A stretch of 64,000 nt of DNA from contig OX597825.1 in the NCBI GenBank assembly GCA_951406725.2, positions 28,582,001 through 28,646,000 on the forward strand, given 5' to 3'. Under the pieces are notes generated by a model. That model saw nothing but the letters and a program-made list of their open reading frames with translations, was not told the origin of the DNA and did not search any database. This DNA is from Octopus vulgaris. Its lineage: Eukaryota. This document shows, piece by piece, positions 13,090 through 26,140 of the stretch; position 1 is the first letter of the stretch, and each line of letters opens with the position of its first letter. The position numbers were made by a program, and so were the translations under genes.

Positions 13090-14720
13090 TTCGGCCAGTA
13101 TAGACCCAGGACATGTCTAATTTAATAACACCAACTGGTGAAATCTTTTAGTGATATATTGGGCACCATGGCCCACTTTATCAAAGAGTTATTATTGTGG
13201 GAGACATATCTGGGTGTAGGAATTTTTGAAGAAATTTGTCCAGTGAACTTTTGAATTTCATGGGACCCGTTTCCGTTTTGACTTAATTTGATATTAAAGA
13301 GAGCTGAACCGTTTGAGGTAAAGTAGCTGTGGCATAGTGTTTTTATGTGTCCTGACTTCGAATTTTGTAGTGGGCTGATAGCACGGGGGCCAAGTCTTGG
13401 ATAGATTTTAAAATTGATGCCAACATCATTTGTGCAATATTGATGGAATATTTTCCACATTCCAAAAATGATGTAGAGGTCCCGGCGGCGTTAGAGAGAG
13501 TAGAGATTAAGTTTTTTAGTCGACCCAAATAGTCAATGCCTGTTATGCCGTCCATCTTTCTTGTTATTGATATCTGGAGTGCTTCCATTCACGTAATGAG
13601 TCACTTCTGATTGGGAGACCACAGTGGGCAACAGTATTCAAGGTAGGGTCGAGCAAAAGAAAAGTAGAGAAGGATGATGGTGTGGGCATCTCTAGACCGG
13701 TATGTTCTCAGAATCAAGGAGTACAACTTGCGGGCCAAGTCAAACTTGTTGTTTACGGAGAAACTCCAGCTTAGATTGTTATCAACAATTACTTCAAGGT
13801 CTCTGGTGTTGTTGGATGACACTAGGGAGTCACCCAAGAGAAGAGCGGACCAAATTTAACTTGTCTTCATTTAGAAGCATATTGTTCTTTTCCGCCCATT
13901 GGACAACAAAAAACAGATCCGACTGAAGGCATGTTCGGTCTTCCATAGCGTTTATGGCCTTATGGAGTTTGGAATCATCTGCATGATGACGTCTATGTTG
14001 TCATTGATGTTGATAAGGAAGAGGAGTGGGCCCAACACAGTGCCTTGTGGGACACCACTACTGACTTTGGCTGAGATTTATCAGATTGCCTCAAACACAA
14101 CATGATGGGTTCTGTTCGTCTGGAAACTCTTTATCCACTGCAGCAGCTTTTCACGGACTCTAGTATTAGACAGTTTTTTTCAGCAGGATTTTGTGGTTCA
14201 ATCTGTCGAATGCCTCGTCAGCTTTGGAGCCTTCTCACAAAGCTTTTAAAATATCATCAAAATGGTGCAGAAGCTGCGACAGGCAGTTCCTGCCATCACG
14301 GACGCCATGCTGGTTGGTGTTCAGCAGATTATTGTCTCCGAAGTAGTGAGTTATTCACGATTTCAACACCCTCTCGAATACTTTAATGATATAAGAAGAG
14401 AGTGAAAGTGGACGGTAGTTCGCTGCAAGAGATTTGTTTCCCCTCTTTGAAAACTGGAACGACAGACTAGGAAAGAAAATAATCAGGAATACAGCCTGTG
14501 TCAAGTGAATTCCTCCAGAGCTCAGCTAGTGTGGGTACAATTTGATGTCGACACGTCTTCAGGACAGTGGGCGAGAACTTAACGAACCTACAACTGAGTT
14601 GTGTTTGATTTTATCTATTTCTGTTAGGATATCCAGTGCACCAAAATTTATGCCAGATATAGTTATTTGCGGGTTTACATCACTGATATTAGCCGGATCA
14701 ACCTCATTAGCGTTACTGAA
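13090..14720 (-). mobile_element. Degenerate CR1/L2-clade LINE (RT and C-terminus)
   Basis: SGVPQGTVLGPLLFLININD, DLEVIVDNNLSW, RPYLEYCCPLWSP and NYRPLSL on the minus strand. Confidence 0.85.
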
Positions 14721-16229
14721 AACAGAGCAGTAAACAAAAACGGAAGGAAATGTATGTTCATCTGTTTCTAGGATGTTCATTCCAGTTGTATGGTCAACTG
14801 AACTAGTAATTCATTCAACTGGTATTTTTTTTTTTTTTTATAAATTTTCAAAGGATGAAAGGCAACGTGAAACTAGGTAGAATTTGAACTCAGAATGTAA
14901 AGCATTTTGCCTAGTGTGCTAATGATTCTGTCAGCTCGTAGTCTTGTGTTTAGACATTATATTAACATAGAACTGAGTATACCCCAGCACACATCACATG
15001 CACGTATATATTAATGATGTAAACAAATACATGACAAGTATGCATAATACTGAAAAGGCATGAAGTAAATACATGCAGACAAATATATTAATTTAAGAAA
15101 TAATAAAAAATATACAGAATACTTTAGAAATCAATGAAGGGACAAAAGAAAAAGTAAGATGATACATGTTGACATTATTAGGTAATATGTAATTTCACAG
15201 GCGCTAAACTATAAATTTCACAGGGTACAACCTTAAAGTTGACACCACTACAACGCAGAAAATTTGTCACACTATTCGCTAAAAACACACAGTTTTGTCT
15301 ATTTTTAAATGTCTGTGACGTCTTCGTCAAATTTTTTCTCGGCTTCATATGAATAAGAGTGGAAAACTACTTCAATATAACCGATTTTCAGATTTTTACT
15401 TCCTTTAAAAAATGCATATTCTGTGAATGAATTTAACTAGATCTAGGTGGTGCTTGACCACGAAAAAAAAAATAGATGTGAGTGTGCGCGCGTGGATGTG
15501 TGCGTATGTGTGTGCGTTTGTGTGTGTGTGTGTGTGTGTGTTTGTGTGTGTGTGTGGCTGGGTGTGTGTGTGGGTGTGTGTGTGTTTGTGTTCCTTTCCC
15601 TGTTTTCTATCTGTCGCTCTCTCTCTTTCTTGCCCTCTTTTTCCCCCGTCAGCAGCTGACACCTGACCTTTGGCCAGCATCCTTTCTTTCTCTCCCTTTT
15701 TCACTCCAGTTCCGTAGCTGAACGTTCGCAAATTCCCTATCTCATTGTCTTGATATTTGCTGTTATCTATTCATTTAGGATGCCTTTTAAGCATTACCCA
15801 CCATTCTTGCCTTTTTGCTTCTGAGGCTATATTTTGCTCGTTTCTTATTTATTTCGTCTTTCTCCATCGTCTTAAATTACATTTATTCACGTTCGTCTTT
15901 CCACTCTGCATTGTTTTGTTTGCTCTCGGCCCTATATTCTCCGAACTTTCGCCGGCACCGCCTGCATACGGAGTTCTCAGTCTTATCATTAATGGTGCGA
16001 AACTCTGTGATACCACCTAGTTGGCACCGGTTGGCGATAAAATCTTTATTATGGTCAAACTGATCGTACATAGACAAAGACATTACAAGACAAACAAATA
16101 CAAAAGTCTTATATGAGTTCGAATTAGCATTAAGCTAAAAATGTACTGAAAAAATATTTTATGTAATGATTAATTTTTACTTTTGACTATAACTTTTTAA
16201 AAAATTTGACTATAACTTTAAAATAACGG

Positions 16230-17897
16230 ATATAGAGAAAGAAAACGAATGAAAGCTCAAACAGATCTTTTCCTTTCCTCAATGATTAATCTGGGTTACT
16301 AACACTCACCTATCTCATCACATCCTTCCATCGTTTCTCGTATTCACTTGGTGGCAGGGTCTTCCTCTCAACCCCATCTTGCTCTTCAGATGGTATCTGA
16401 AGTAAGACAGCAAACCGGGGCCAGAGATGAAGGAAACTTCCATTCTAGTCCTCCAAACACACTCTTTCAGTACTGCAAACATACAGTAAAAACATGCTTT
16501 ACCTTCCTTTGAGAGTCCAGTTGGCGGTATCATTTTTATCATAGATCCACCCGACAACTGTACTCGTCCCAGATGCGACAGCACGTGTTCAACGTAACAT
16601 TTCAAGCTAGATAGCTCCCGGCATTCTAGAAAAGCGTGCTGGACAGTTTCATTTTCCAGCCCACATCTTGGACACGGCGGTGGCATTGACATTCCCTGCC
16701 TGGATAACTTATCGCGAACAGGTAAAGCATTCCTGTAGCACTGACAGGTCAGGGATTTTTGGAAGTTATCCAAGTACCACGAACTGAAAGATTTTTTAAA
16801 CAGGTTCCCATCGAATCCTACAGCCCCTCCTAGAACGTCATCATTTTTTTTGCCTCTACCAGCCCTCTATAGAACACCGAGGTGGTATTCCTTTCCCAAC
16901 TTGTCGATCAGCCAGAGTGCCTGACGGCACTTTTTCTGCCATGAAGTTAGGTTACATCTTTTAATGAAACCGGGTTTAAATCTCTCCAAACAGGCCGGTC
17001 GCGGCAAGAACTCCTCCGCCAGCGGACTCCACACCTTACCACCCTCCAGGTGCCCTCCAGCCAGGGCATTCCCAGTACACCGTTTAACGGTTCCTCGCAG
17101 TAAACGGAGCGCCTCACAAGTGGTTTCCTCCCTTCAACAAAAACCGGAAGAGGAGTCTTTCCAACTTGTTTAGCCACAAATCGGGGCAAGGCACAACGGA
17201 CAGGCGGTAGGAGATTACAGATGCTATAAACACCTTCACCACCTCCGCCCATGCCCTTCAAGAACAGAGGTCTTCCGGACCACTCCCGTACTATGGCCTC
17301 CACCATGTCCACTACCTCGCTCCAATTCTTCTCCATCTGGGAGACCGGGCCAAACTAAACAAACTCCAAGCAACCCAACAGGGCACTCTGTCCAGTGTCC
17401 AACGACACTGGACGATATCGGATTGTTCCTACAAGTGCCGAGGCGCAAACCGATCGATTCGACCTTGTTAACTTTTGCCCTTGCCACCGCTTCGTATCGG
17501 CGGAGAGTATCTTCTACACGAGGTAGCTGAGCTACGTTGGATCCGATGAGGGTGACATCCTCCCCTAAAGCAGAAACAAACCCACCGCACCCGATTTCAT
17601 TGGGGTTGTTTCCTAACTTCTCCAACTTCCGCAGTAATGACTCAAGAACCAAGACGTACAGAAGCGGAGGCAAGGGACACCCTTGACGAACAGAACGCTT
17701 GATCGAAAACGGCTCCTTTAGGTAGCTATTTATCTGGACTGTGGACTAGATGCCGCTGTACATAGCGGAGATCTACCCGCTTCGAGGACCGCCTCCAGGT
17801 ACTGATGGTCTAACCAATCGAACGCTTTACTTTGGTCTAAATGGACCTATGCCCTTCCTTCGTCGGTTAATTTCCCAACCATATCTAAGGTGTAGCG
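16230..17897 (-). mobile_element. Duplicate copy of the Tx1-clade LINE fragment
   Basis: Near-identical to 1620-3397 with small indels (ORFs 16318-16773 and 17236-17673). Confidence 0.85.
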
Positions 17898-19695
17898 GTG
17901 AAGGTGAAGATTCAGCCTTTCATTAAACTTTCTTTACATATTTTCAAAAAAACTTGCTTCTTTAGCCACGTTTCATTTCTCAGTCGTTGCTTACATCACC
18001 GCTTCATCCCAAAAGGTTTCCGCTTCCATTTCACCCTACTCTCCATTCTGCTTCAACCATCCTTCCCATACTCCGTACTACATCCTACCGCCTTATGCGT
18101 GCCACCATTTGCTCCAATCTCTCTAAAATACATACCATCGACCGCCTTCTCCCTCCGGCTTTTTCCATCTTTTCCTCCTCTCTGCCCCCTCCCATTCTCA
18201 CAACACGTTGCCATATATAATTCATTTAAATCATCTCTTTCATCAATTTCTTGCCAACACCAAACATCGTAAACTCCACTCTCTCCTTCATTCCATCTCA
18301 ACAGATTCCACTACCCCACCTCCTCCACTACCCTTCTCCCTCCATGACACGTTCCCCCATCCTCAACCCCCCAAATTTCTCTCACACATCCCCATGCCCT
18401 CCCTCCAAGCCTTCCACCACCCCTACAACCCCTCCTACCTCTACCCTCTACCCCTCCTACTTCTATTCCATCCACCGCTTCTACTTCAGTCTGTTTTTAC
18501 CATTCCGCCATATCTTCTTTCTGAGGCGGAGCGCTCCATCCTCAGTAGGGGTCTGCGTTTCATCCGCCACACTTCATCCTGCAATGAATTTCAGACTCGT
18601 GCTTATATCCACAGCTTTGTGCGCAGCGTTATGTTGTGTGCGCTTTTCCGCGACACTCCACCCACATCTAACGAGGAGGAGTGCTTAACTGACCTAGGCG
18701 GCCGACCATCCCAGTGGATGTCTGCTCCTGGCCAGTTCCAAGCAGTTGAGATTTTTGCGGGTGCCTGCCAGCACGCGGTGAACCGGTTTAACTTCTCCAG
18801 GCGTCCCTTGTTGTCTCAGCATCTCCCCAGCCGAACTCTCCGCTCTTCGTTCTCTCCGACGCCGCACTGACATCGTTATAAAACCGGCCGACAAGGGTGC
18901 AGCCGTGGTGGTATGGCGAGCGGACCTCTATAAAGCCGAAGCTCTCCGCTAACTTCAAGACACCTCCTTCTGCTGCCTTCTGCCCCCTGACCTCACGCCC
19001 AGCTACCAACAGACGGTGTCCTCCCCTATCCATGACCGCATCTCGTCCTCCCGTCTCCCCCACACCGCCTCCAACCTCATTGTCCGAACCTCCGCACACC
19101 CACCATTTACTTCCTCCCCCAAATCCCCAAACCTAAATACCCTGCCCGCCCCCTCGTCTCTGCCTGTACCTGCCCCACCGAGCTTATCTCCAATTATCTT
19201 ACCCCAACCCCCTATTGGCTTCTCTCCATGACACAAATCATGCTCTTCGTCTGTTCAACTCTTTCTCCTTCCCTCCTTGCCCCTCTAAACTCTCGATATC
19301 CAGAGCATTTACACGGTGATCCCTTACCACAAGGGGCTGCGTGCACTGAAATACTTCCTTGACGTGCGACCCAACCCCCAACCCGACACCTCCACACTCG
19401 TTCGTCTGGCCGAACTTGTCCTCTCACTCAACTGCTTCTCGGTCCGGGCGATTTCTACCAGCACCGTCTTGGGAGTGGCAATGGGAACAAGAATGGGCCC
19501 CAACTATGCGAACCTGTTGGTTGGCTATGTTGAGACCCAAATATTCTCAAGTTTCACTGGTCCCACTCCCAAAATACAAGGCCGTTATGTTGACGACTGT
19601 ATCGATGCAACCTCACTCTCTCACGAACATCTAGACTCCTACCTCTCTTTTGTCAAATCTTTCCATGCTGCCCTCCACTTCTCCTTCACTAGTAG
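17898..19695 (+). mobile_element. Penelope-like element, degenerate RT (3' truncated, no GIY-YIG seen)
   Basis: DIVIKPADKGAAVVVW, GLRALKYFLD, LAELVLSLNCF, GVAMGTRMGPNYANLLVGYVE and RYVDD are typical PLE RT motifs. Confidence 0.88.
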
Positions 19696-19727
19696 TACAT
19701 ACATACATACATACATACATACATACA

Positions 19728-19758
<31 letters not shown>

Positions 19759-19989
19759 TTACATGCATACATGCATACATACATACATAAAAAATACCCT
19801 GTTCTTGATGTTGAATTTCCAATGAAGGAGACTTTAATCTAGGTTAGAAACCGGTTCTTTCTTTATTGGCAAAAAATCATGAAATAAAGTGAATAATGAC
19901 AAAATACATGCATACATGTATACATAAATAAATAAATAAATGCATACATACATATATCATACATGAATACATACACACATACATACATA

Positions 19990-20290
19990 GATAACTGCTT
20001 CGAATCCTCCAGCTTCTATGTCTACACTATGAATTTTTATGGAAACCAATAAAAACTGGAGCATTAAGTTTTATTGGTACATACTGAAAGGCGAATCTGG
20101 ATAAACTGGGAATTTTCAGAAAGAGTAATCAACCGGCTAATTCGAAAATTACAACGTGCTATCTGTGAGTGCAAGGTAAAAATATGCAAGAATTTCTGCA
20201 AGCTCCAAATATGGAGCCTTGCATTTTTGTTGGAAACCGGCTTCCTCTTCAGCGGAAGATTTCTAATAATTAAAAAATAGGAAAGACATA
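19990..20290 (+). mobile_element. 3' end of the same R4/Dong-like LINE family
   Basis: Reverse-complement homolog of 11280-11610 (..FSERVINRLIRKLQ..KICKNF); embedded in (CATA)n. Confidence 0.7.
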
Positions 20291-20801
20291 CATACATAAC
20301 ATATGAGCGAATGAGAAGACGTTTCTTGGGTTCATAGCCAAGAATCGAAACTTTAGCCTGGTATTTCCTACCAGGTCCTTTCCTTTGTTGCTGGCGTTAG
20401 TACTCGATAATTGATGAAGTCACTTGTGAAGCTTATACTGGTTCCTGTATTTGAGTTAGCATAGATAAGACATTCATTTCTTTGTTTTCGAAAATTCCTT
20501 CAATTTTTCTCATACGTATCAATAGGAACGCTCAGACAATAACAGCGGTCAGTATTTTATCGCTTCAAACACGCCGTGCATTTTCGCTTTCTAGCAAGAA
20601 GCCTTTTCTAACAGACCCACGTCTAAAGGCGGCGCGTGAGTTTTCATTGTATACAGGTCCTCTGTACGAATAAAAATTGTAAGCAATATTTTTGTTACAT
20701 GTTCATTCTTACACTGTCTCATTGACTTTGAAAAGTTTAACAGTAACATAACCTGTGACACACACACACAAGCAGATATATATATGTATATATATATGTG
20801 T

Positions 20802-20837
<36 letters not shown>

Positions 20838-20892
20838 ATGTGTATGTGTGTATCTGTGTGTGTGAGTGCTGGAGCGGCTGTGTGGTAAGTAG

Positions 20893-23220
20893 TATAACTC
20901 ATGCGCAGTTAGTCAGTTGCTTCCTGTTGAGCCAGAGTGGACGTGAGTTAACCAGCTCCGTCCAATTATAGAAAAAAGACCAAAAACAGAAAGTTGTCGA
21001 GGTGAGTGATTTTGTTTATTGTGAGTTGGGCACAATTTATTGTGTGCCAATTATTATTTCAGTAAGTTGTGTCCAACTCTGAGACAATTTCGCCTGCTCT
21101 CGGCGGCTGCTGTGTTTTTGAGTTTATTGAAAAAAAACAGTGGAGGGGCGTATCCTCGGAACCCAATACAGTTACTGTTAAAATTACCGTTGGCGGTGGC
21201 CAGTGCTGTGGTTGGGTTTGTTGAATTTATTCCTTTGTCGGAGTATTTCGCAAGAAAATTATAAGAATAAGCCACTTTTGGATTACCTTTTGGACCCATT
21301 TTTTTGTGGAGGTTGTGTTCCAGTTGCGGCGTTCCAGGTTCAACTCAGGCCGGGAGTACCGTAAGGCCAGCAGATTTTTGCTGTGTTTTCTGTTTATTAA
21401 CTTTCTTTTGAACTTCATTTAACTCCCCTATTTGTTTATTGCGACTTTCCGTTGATTTCTTCCCTTCTGTTGTGCTTTCTCCTTTTTGTTTTTTCAAAAA
21501 TCTATCAAATTTTATTTGGATTTTTGAACTTTTTTTCTTCTCGCTTTTTAAGTTTAATTTGAATATATTTAAAAAAAAAAACAAAAAAAAAACATGGCAA
21601 TGAAAAATGACAAAATTTTGGAATGGGAGATCATACCGCCTAAAAAGTGGTTAAAAGACCGTGAAGATAGGACGGTGGTGTTGAGAACCTACTCCAAGGC
21701 ACTCGACACCATCGCCCTATTCGAAAAGACGGCAATTAAAAAGGAGTTGGCAGAGTATTTGCCAACAATTAAATTCATTTCCAGGGGTGTCAAAAATGCA
21801 ACGGTGTGGCTGCTATTTGACACCCCTGAAGAGGCTTGCAAATTTGCTAGTAAACCTCTGGAGGGTAAGGAAATTTTATTCCTGCCCACGTACCAAAAAG
21901 AGAGATTGACGAAAGCTTGGATTTGCGGGCTGCCACCCGGGATAAAACCCGAGTGGATAGAGGAGACTATCCGCCGGGGTCTGGGTAGCAGCGAAACTAA
22001 GCTCCTTAATGTGAAAGTTCTTCCTGCGGCTGCTTGGGTTGGGTCAAAAGCAATTTTGACCCTTTGGACCCAATCAGCCAATCTGGTTCTTCCAGATTTT
22101 TTGAAAATGGCCGGGTGCAGGTACCCGGTGATACTTGAGGGTCGCCCTCCTAAGTGTCATCGGTGCTTGGAGTCCGGCCATATAAAGAACTGTCCCCGGG
22201 AACAAAATAGGATCCCGGAACAGTTAAGTGAAACCCCTGTAGAAGAGGGAATGAAAACGGCCGAGGAAGCGGAGGACTCCTCAAACAGAGGCCGAAGAGG
22301 AAGGTGAGCAACAATGGGTGCTCACCAAAGGATACTAGGGATGAGGAGGGAAAGGCGAATCTTCCGGCCACGGAGGAGACGCGCCCTCCCTCAGCTGAAA
22401 ACAAAAAAAAGAAAAAGAGGAAGAGAAACGGGATATTACCGGCAGTCGGTGACATAGTACCGGAATGTCCCGGAACTACGTCGGTTGGGGTTGTGCCACC
22501 GACTGGAGAAGAAACACCGTTGGCGGGAACTGTGCCGCCAACGAAAGAATTGAATATCCCGCACCCGAGCAAAAACCATGTATTGATCCTCTTCCATAGA
22601 GGCGGCGAGATTGAAAAGGTGATGGAAAAGCACCACAAGGGAGCACCTTTAGCCTTCACACAGGGCCCCGAATGGCCTCCGCAGGTAGCTGTGGAGGCCG
22701 TGGCGTTCGACGTGACGCTTGGGCTGAAGGAACTCAATGAGGATTATAGCTTGGTCGCGGGCGACGCTAACTCGGAACTCGATTACATTCTGAGGGAGGC
22801 GTGGTGGAGGATGCGGGCACAAGTTATTATGGGGACGAGTCATAAATTGTGATACGACTTGAGGGGCCCCGACCTAGAGGTGGCGCATTCCTAAGGGAAG
22901 TGTAAGCCAGGTCTGGGAGGAGGGGCTTTGTGTATTGTATTTATATCATATGTAATTATTGAACTATATTGTTGTTAGAAATGGACTGTTAAGTCCAAAA
23001 ATTGAAAAGTTGTAAAAATTGTAAGAGGTTTAATACCTCGTTTTGTGTTTGTTTTTAAAAGAACAATATTTTAGAGAAGCAGAAGTCGGCGGGCGCGTCT
23101 TGTCTTCTCCCATCCCCATCATCTTTCTTTCATTATCATTCATTTCATTAATGTCCTCGTCCAGCCCGCAAAGCTAACTTACTCTATGTACTGCCTTTAT
23201 GGCAAATATTATGAAATAAG
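20893..23220 (+). mobile_element. ORF1-only non-LTR retroelement (gag-like ORF1 with zinc knuckle) inserted into a SINE head
   Basis: Starts with Inr-like ttagtcagtt and DPE-like ggacgtg; ~690-nt 5' UTR; ORF 21594-22307 (CHRCLESGHIKNC) continued by 22304-22852; 3' UTR ends with hairpin tgcc-tttat-ggca and aaataa. The host SINE is split between 20871-20892 and 23221-23565. Confidence 0.7.
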
Positions 23221-23332
23221 GTAGTTCAATCCCATACAGTGGCGTCTTGGGCAATTCTCTTCTACTAAAACCTTAGGCCGACCCAAGCCTTGTGAGTGGA
23301 TTTGGTAGAAGAAAACTAAAAGAAACCCGTCG

Positions 23333-23393
<61 letters not shown>

Positions 23394-23607
23394 GTGTGTG
23401 TGTGTGAGTGTGTGTTTGTTTGTTTGTTTGTCTATTTGTTCCCCCTCCACTATTTGACACTGATTTTAGTAACAAAGCGGCACGGCGAAAAGAAACCGAT
23501 ACAATAAGCTCTAGGGTTGAATAGTTCGACTTATGGTGGTGAAACAAGTAAAAGAATAAAAGAATATGTATCTATCAATCCATCCATCTATCTATCTATC
23601 TATCTCA

Positions 23608-25307
23608 AGAGGTTGGCGCTTGTCATCAAGAAACTGGTCGACTAGGTGCAAGCATGCGCCGTACCGGGCCGGAGCATCCATGACAACCTCCATCTGAAGC
23701 GCTACATCATAGACAGGGTAGTTAAGGAACCTGGCATGGGTAGGGCTTTGATCATTTTGGATAAATCGAAAGCTTTTGATAGGGTAGACCATCGATACTT
23801 GGAGGCTGTCCTCAGAGCGGTTGGTTTCGGTACCGCCTTCCGCGGCTGGATAGCCGCTTTGTACAGCGGTATCCGTTCGGTAATTCGCGTAAATGGACAT
23901 CTATCGAAACCTTTTGACATTGCACGTTCGGTCCGTCAGGGATGCCTCCTCTCGTCGCTTCTATAAGTATTGACTCTCGAGCCATTATTGCTGAAGCTGG
24001 CAACTCTGAGGGGCATCCCGCGAGAATTGGAATGCGGGACGAACGTGTCTGCATGCGCGGACGACGTCACCGTAATAGTGTCTAGCCACGAGCACATCAA
24101 GCTGGTCGGCGAGACACTGAAAGACTACGAAGCGGTGACAGGAGTGAAAATCAACCGGAAAAAGTCAGTGGGCTTGCGACTCGGCACCTGGAGAAGCAAG
24201 CCCATGCCGTCCACCACCGCCTCCGTCGTGGGACGCTGGATCGACGGTCCGGTCGAGTTGCTCGGGGTCTGGCTTGGTCCGGACCTCCAAATGGAGAAGA
24301 ACTGGAACGAGATAACGAGTAGTGTGGTCACTCTCGCCCGGCAATGGGCCGAGAGGAAACTGTCCCTAAAAGGTCGGGTGGAGGTGGCGAACGCGTACAT
24401 CGTGTCCGTCATCAACTACCGCCTGACCGTCGTACCTTGTCCCGACCCTCCCATCACCAAACTAGAACGCATTCTCTTCCGCTTCTTATGGAAAGGATGC
24501 GTTGCGATGGTCAGGCGATCCACTTGCTGTCAACACCTGTTAAAAGGAGGACTGAGCATGCCGTGGTTGATGATGCGCAGACACGCGCTGAGACTGCGAC
24601 ATCTCAGGCTCTACGTAGACGACGGTGAACAGGTGTGGTCGCCGTTTGTGAGGCACGCTTTCCCGCAGCTCGTCTCCATGACCGAACTGCAGTCGTGGAT
24701 CAAAAAGAGGCCGAGGAAGGGCGAATCGCACCGCGAGTGTCGCGTTGCTCTCAAGCAACTATGCCGTCCCGGGTCGACTTTGAGTGACTTCAACACAACC
24801 AAAGCATTCTATAGGGGATTAGTCAAGGGGTGGGGGGTACGACGACGAGCTCGGAGCAAACCTGGGCGTCGACGAGGAATACCTGACCCGTCTGTTCAGG
24901 ACGACTTTCGGGCCAGGACCCATGGACAACTTCCAGAGATCCCTGGCCTGGCAGTGCTACCGAGAAGCGCTATCTTTTCGGGATAAGCTCTACCGACACG
25001 ACTCGAAAAACACGGGGCCGACCTGCTCGAGATGCGGTAAGAGCGACGAAATCGTTCTGGACGCACTCGTGCAGTGTCCAACAATTGCCGACTTGTGGGC
25101 TTATCTCGAAGGACTGCTGTCACGTGTGGGACAAGTCGGTTTATCAGCCGAGTCTATCGTCAATATTGTCATGCCTCCTTCCTTCAAACGGGAAGGAAGA
25201 GCTATTTTCATCATTCTTGTGGCTATAGCGAAAGAATGCATCTGGTGGACGTGTCTGAAAGGATTGGAGACAAACACTTTCCTCTCTGGTCAATCTCTCA
25301 TCACGTC
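23608..25307 (+). mobile_element. 5'-truncated L1/Tx1-clade LINE ORF2 fragment
   Basis: GRSIHDNL, LDKSKAFDRVDH, SVRQGC, ADDVTV, LSLKGR, CSRCGKSDE..DALVQC; related to the minus-strand Tx1 copies. Confidence 0.9.
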
Positions 25308-25483
25308 CTCGCGTTGTTGTGATTCTCTTTGTGGTTTCATGTTTCGATTAACGACTTTGCCTTTCATCCTTTCGGGGTCGATAAATAAGGTACCAGTTTC
25401 GCACTGGGTCGATCTAATGGACTTAATCCCTTTGTCTGTTCTTGTTTGTCCCCTCTATGTTTAGGCCCTTGTGGGTAATAAAG

Positions 25484-25562
<79 letters not shown>

Positions 25563-25593
25563 AATGTATATATATACATACACACACATACAT

Positions 25594-25665
<72 letters not shown>

Positions 25666-26140
25666 TGAGGGAGAGAGAGAGAGAGAGACAAATAAATAAA
25701 TAGATAGATAAATAGATAGCGAGAACACACATACATACGCTCGCACACACATCCACACACATACACGCAATCATGCGTGTGCGTATGTGTGCATCTATTT
25801 TCTGCATGTAGGTGTGATAAATATTCACGAAGAACCTTTCTTAAATTTTTCTTTTATCAGAGACGCTACTCTAAAACAATTTCATATGGAATTCAAATTA
25901 TGAAAGAAGAAAATAAAAAAAAATAAACGCTTATTATCAGATCAAAAGTGAGTGTTTAACATATGAAGTTGCGTTTAAGAAAGACGTTGATAGATTTTAT
26001 TTTTCTCAGATTTCTTTGTTTAATTGCATAGGCGCTCTGGCTAGCATTTAGTTTTTCATGTTGAAATAGAAAAATTACAATGCTTTTAAACGACAAATGA
26101 TTATTCAAACGCATTTTGTTCATGAAATATCCGATAAACT

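Noticed and set aside
20893-25307. A single full-length Tx1 element (ORF1 + ORF2)
   Set aside because: The host SINE resumes at 23221 between the two parts, and no endonuclease domain is present.
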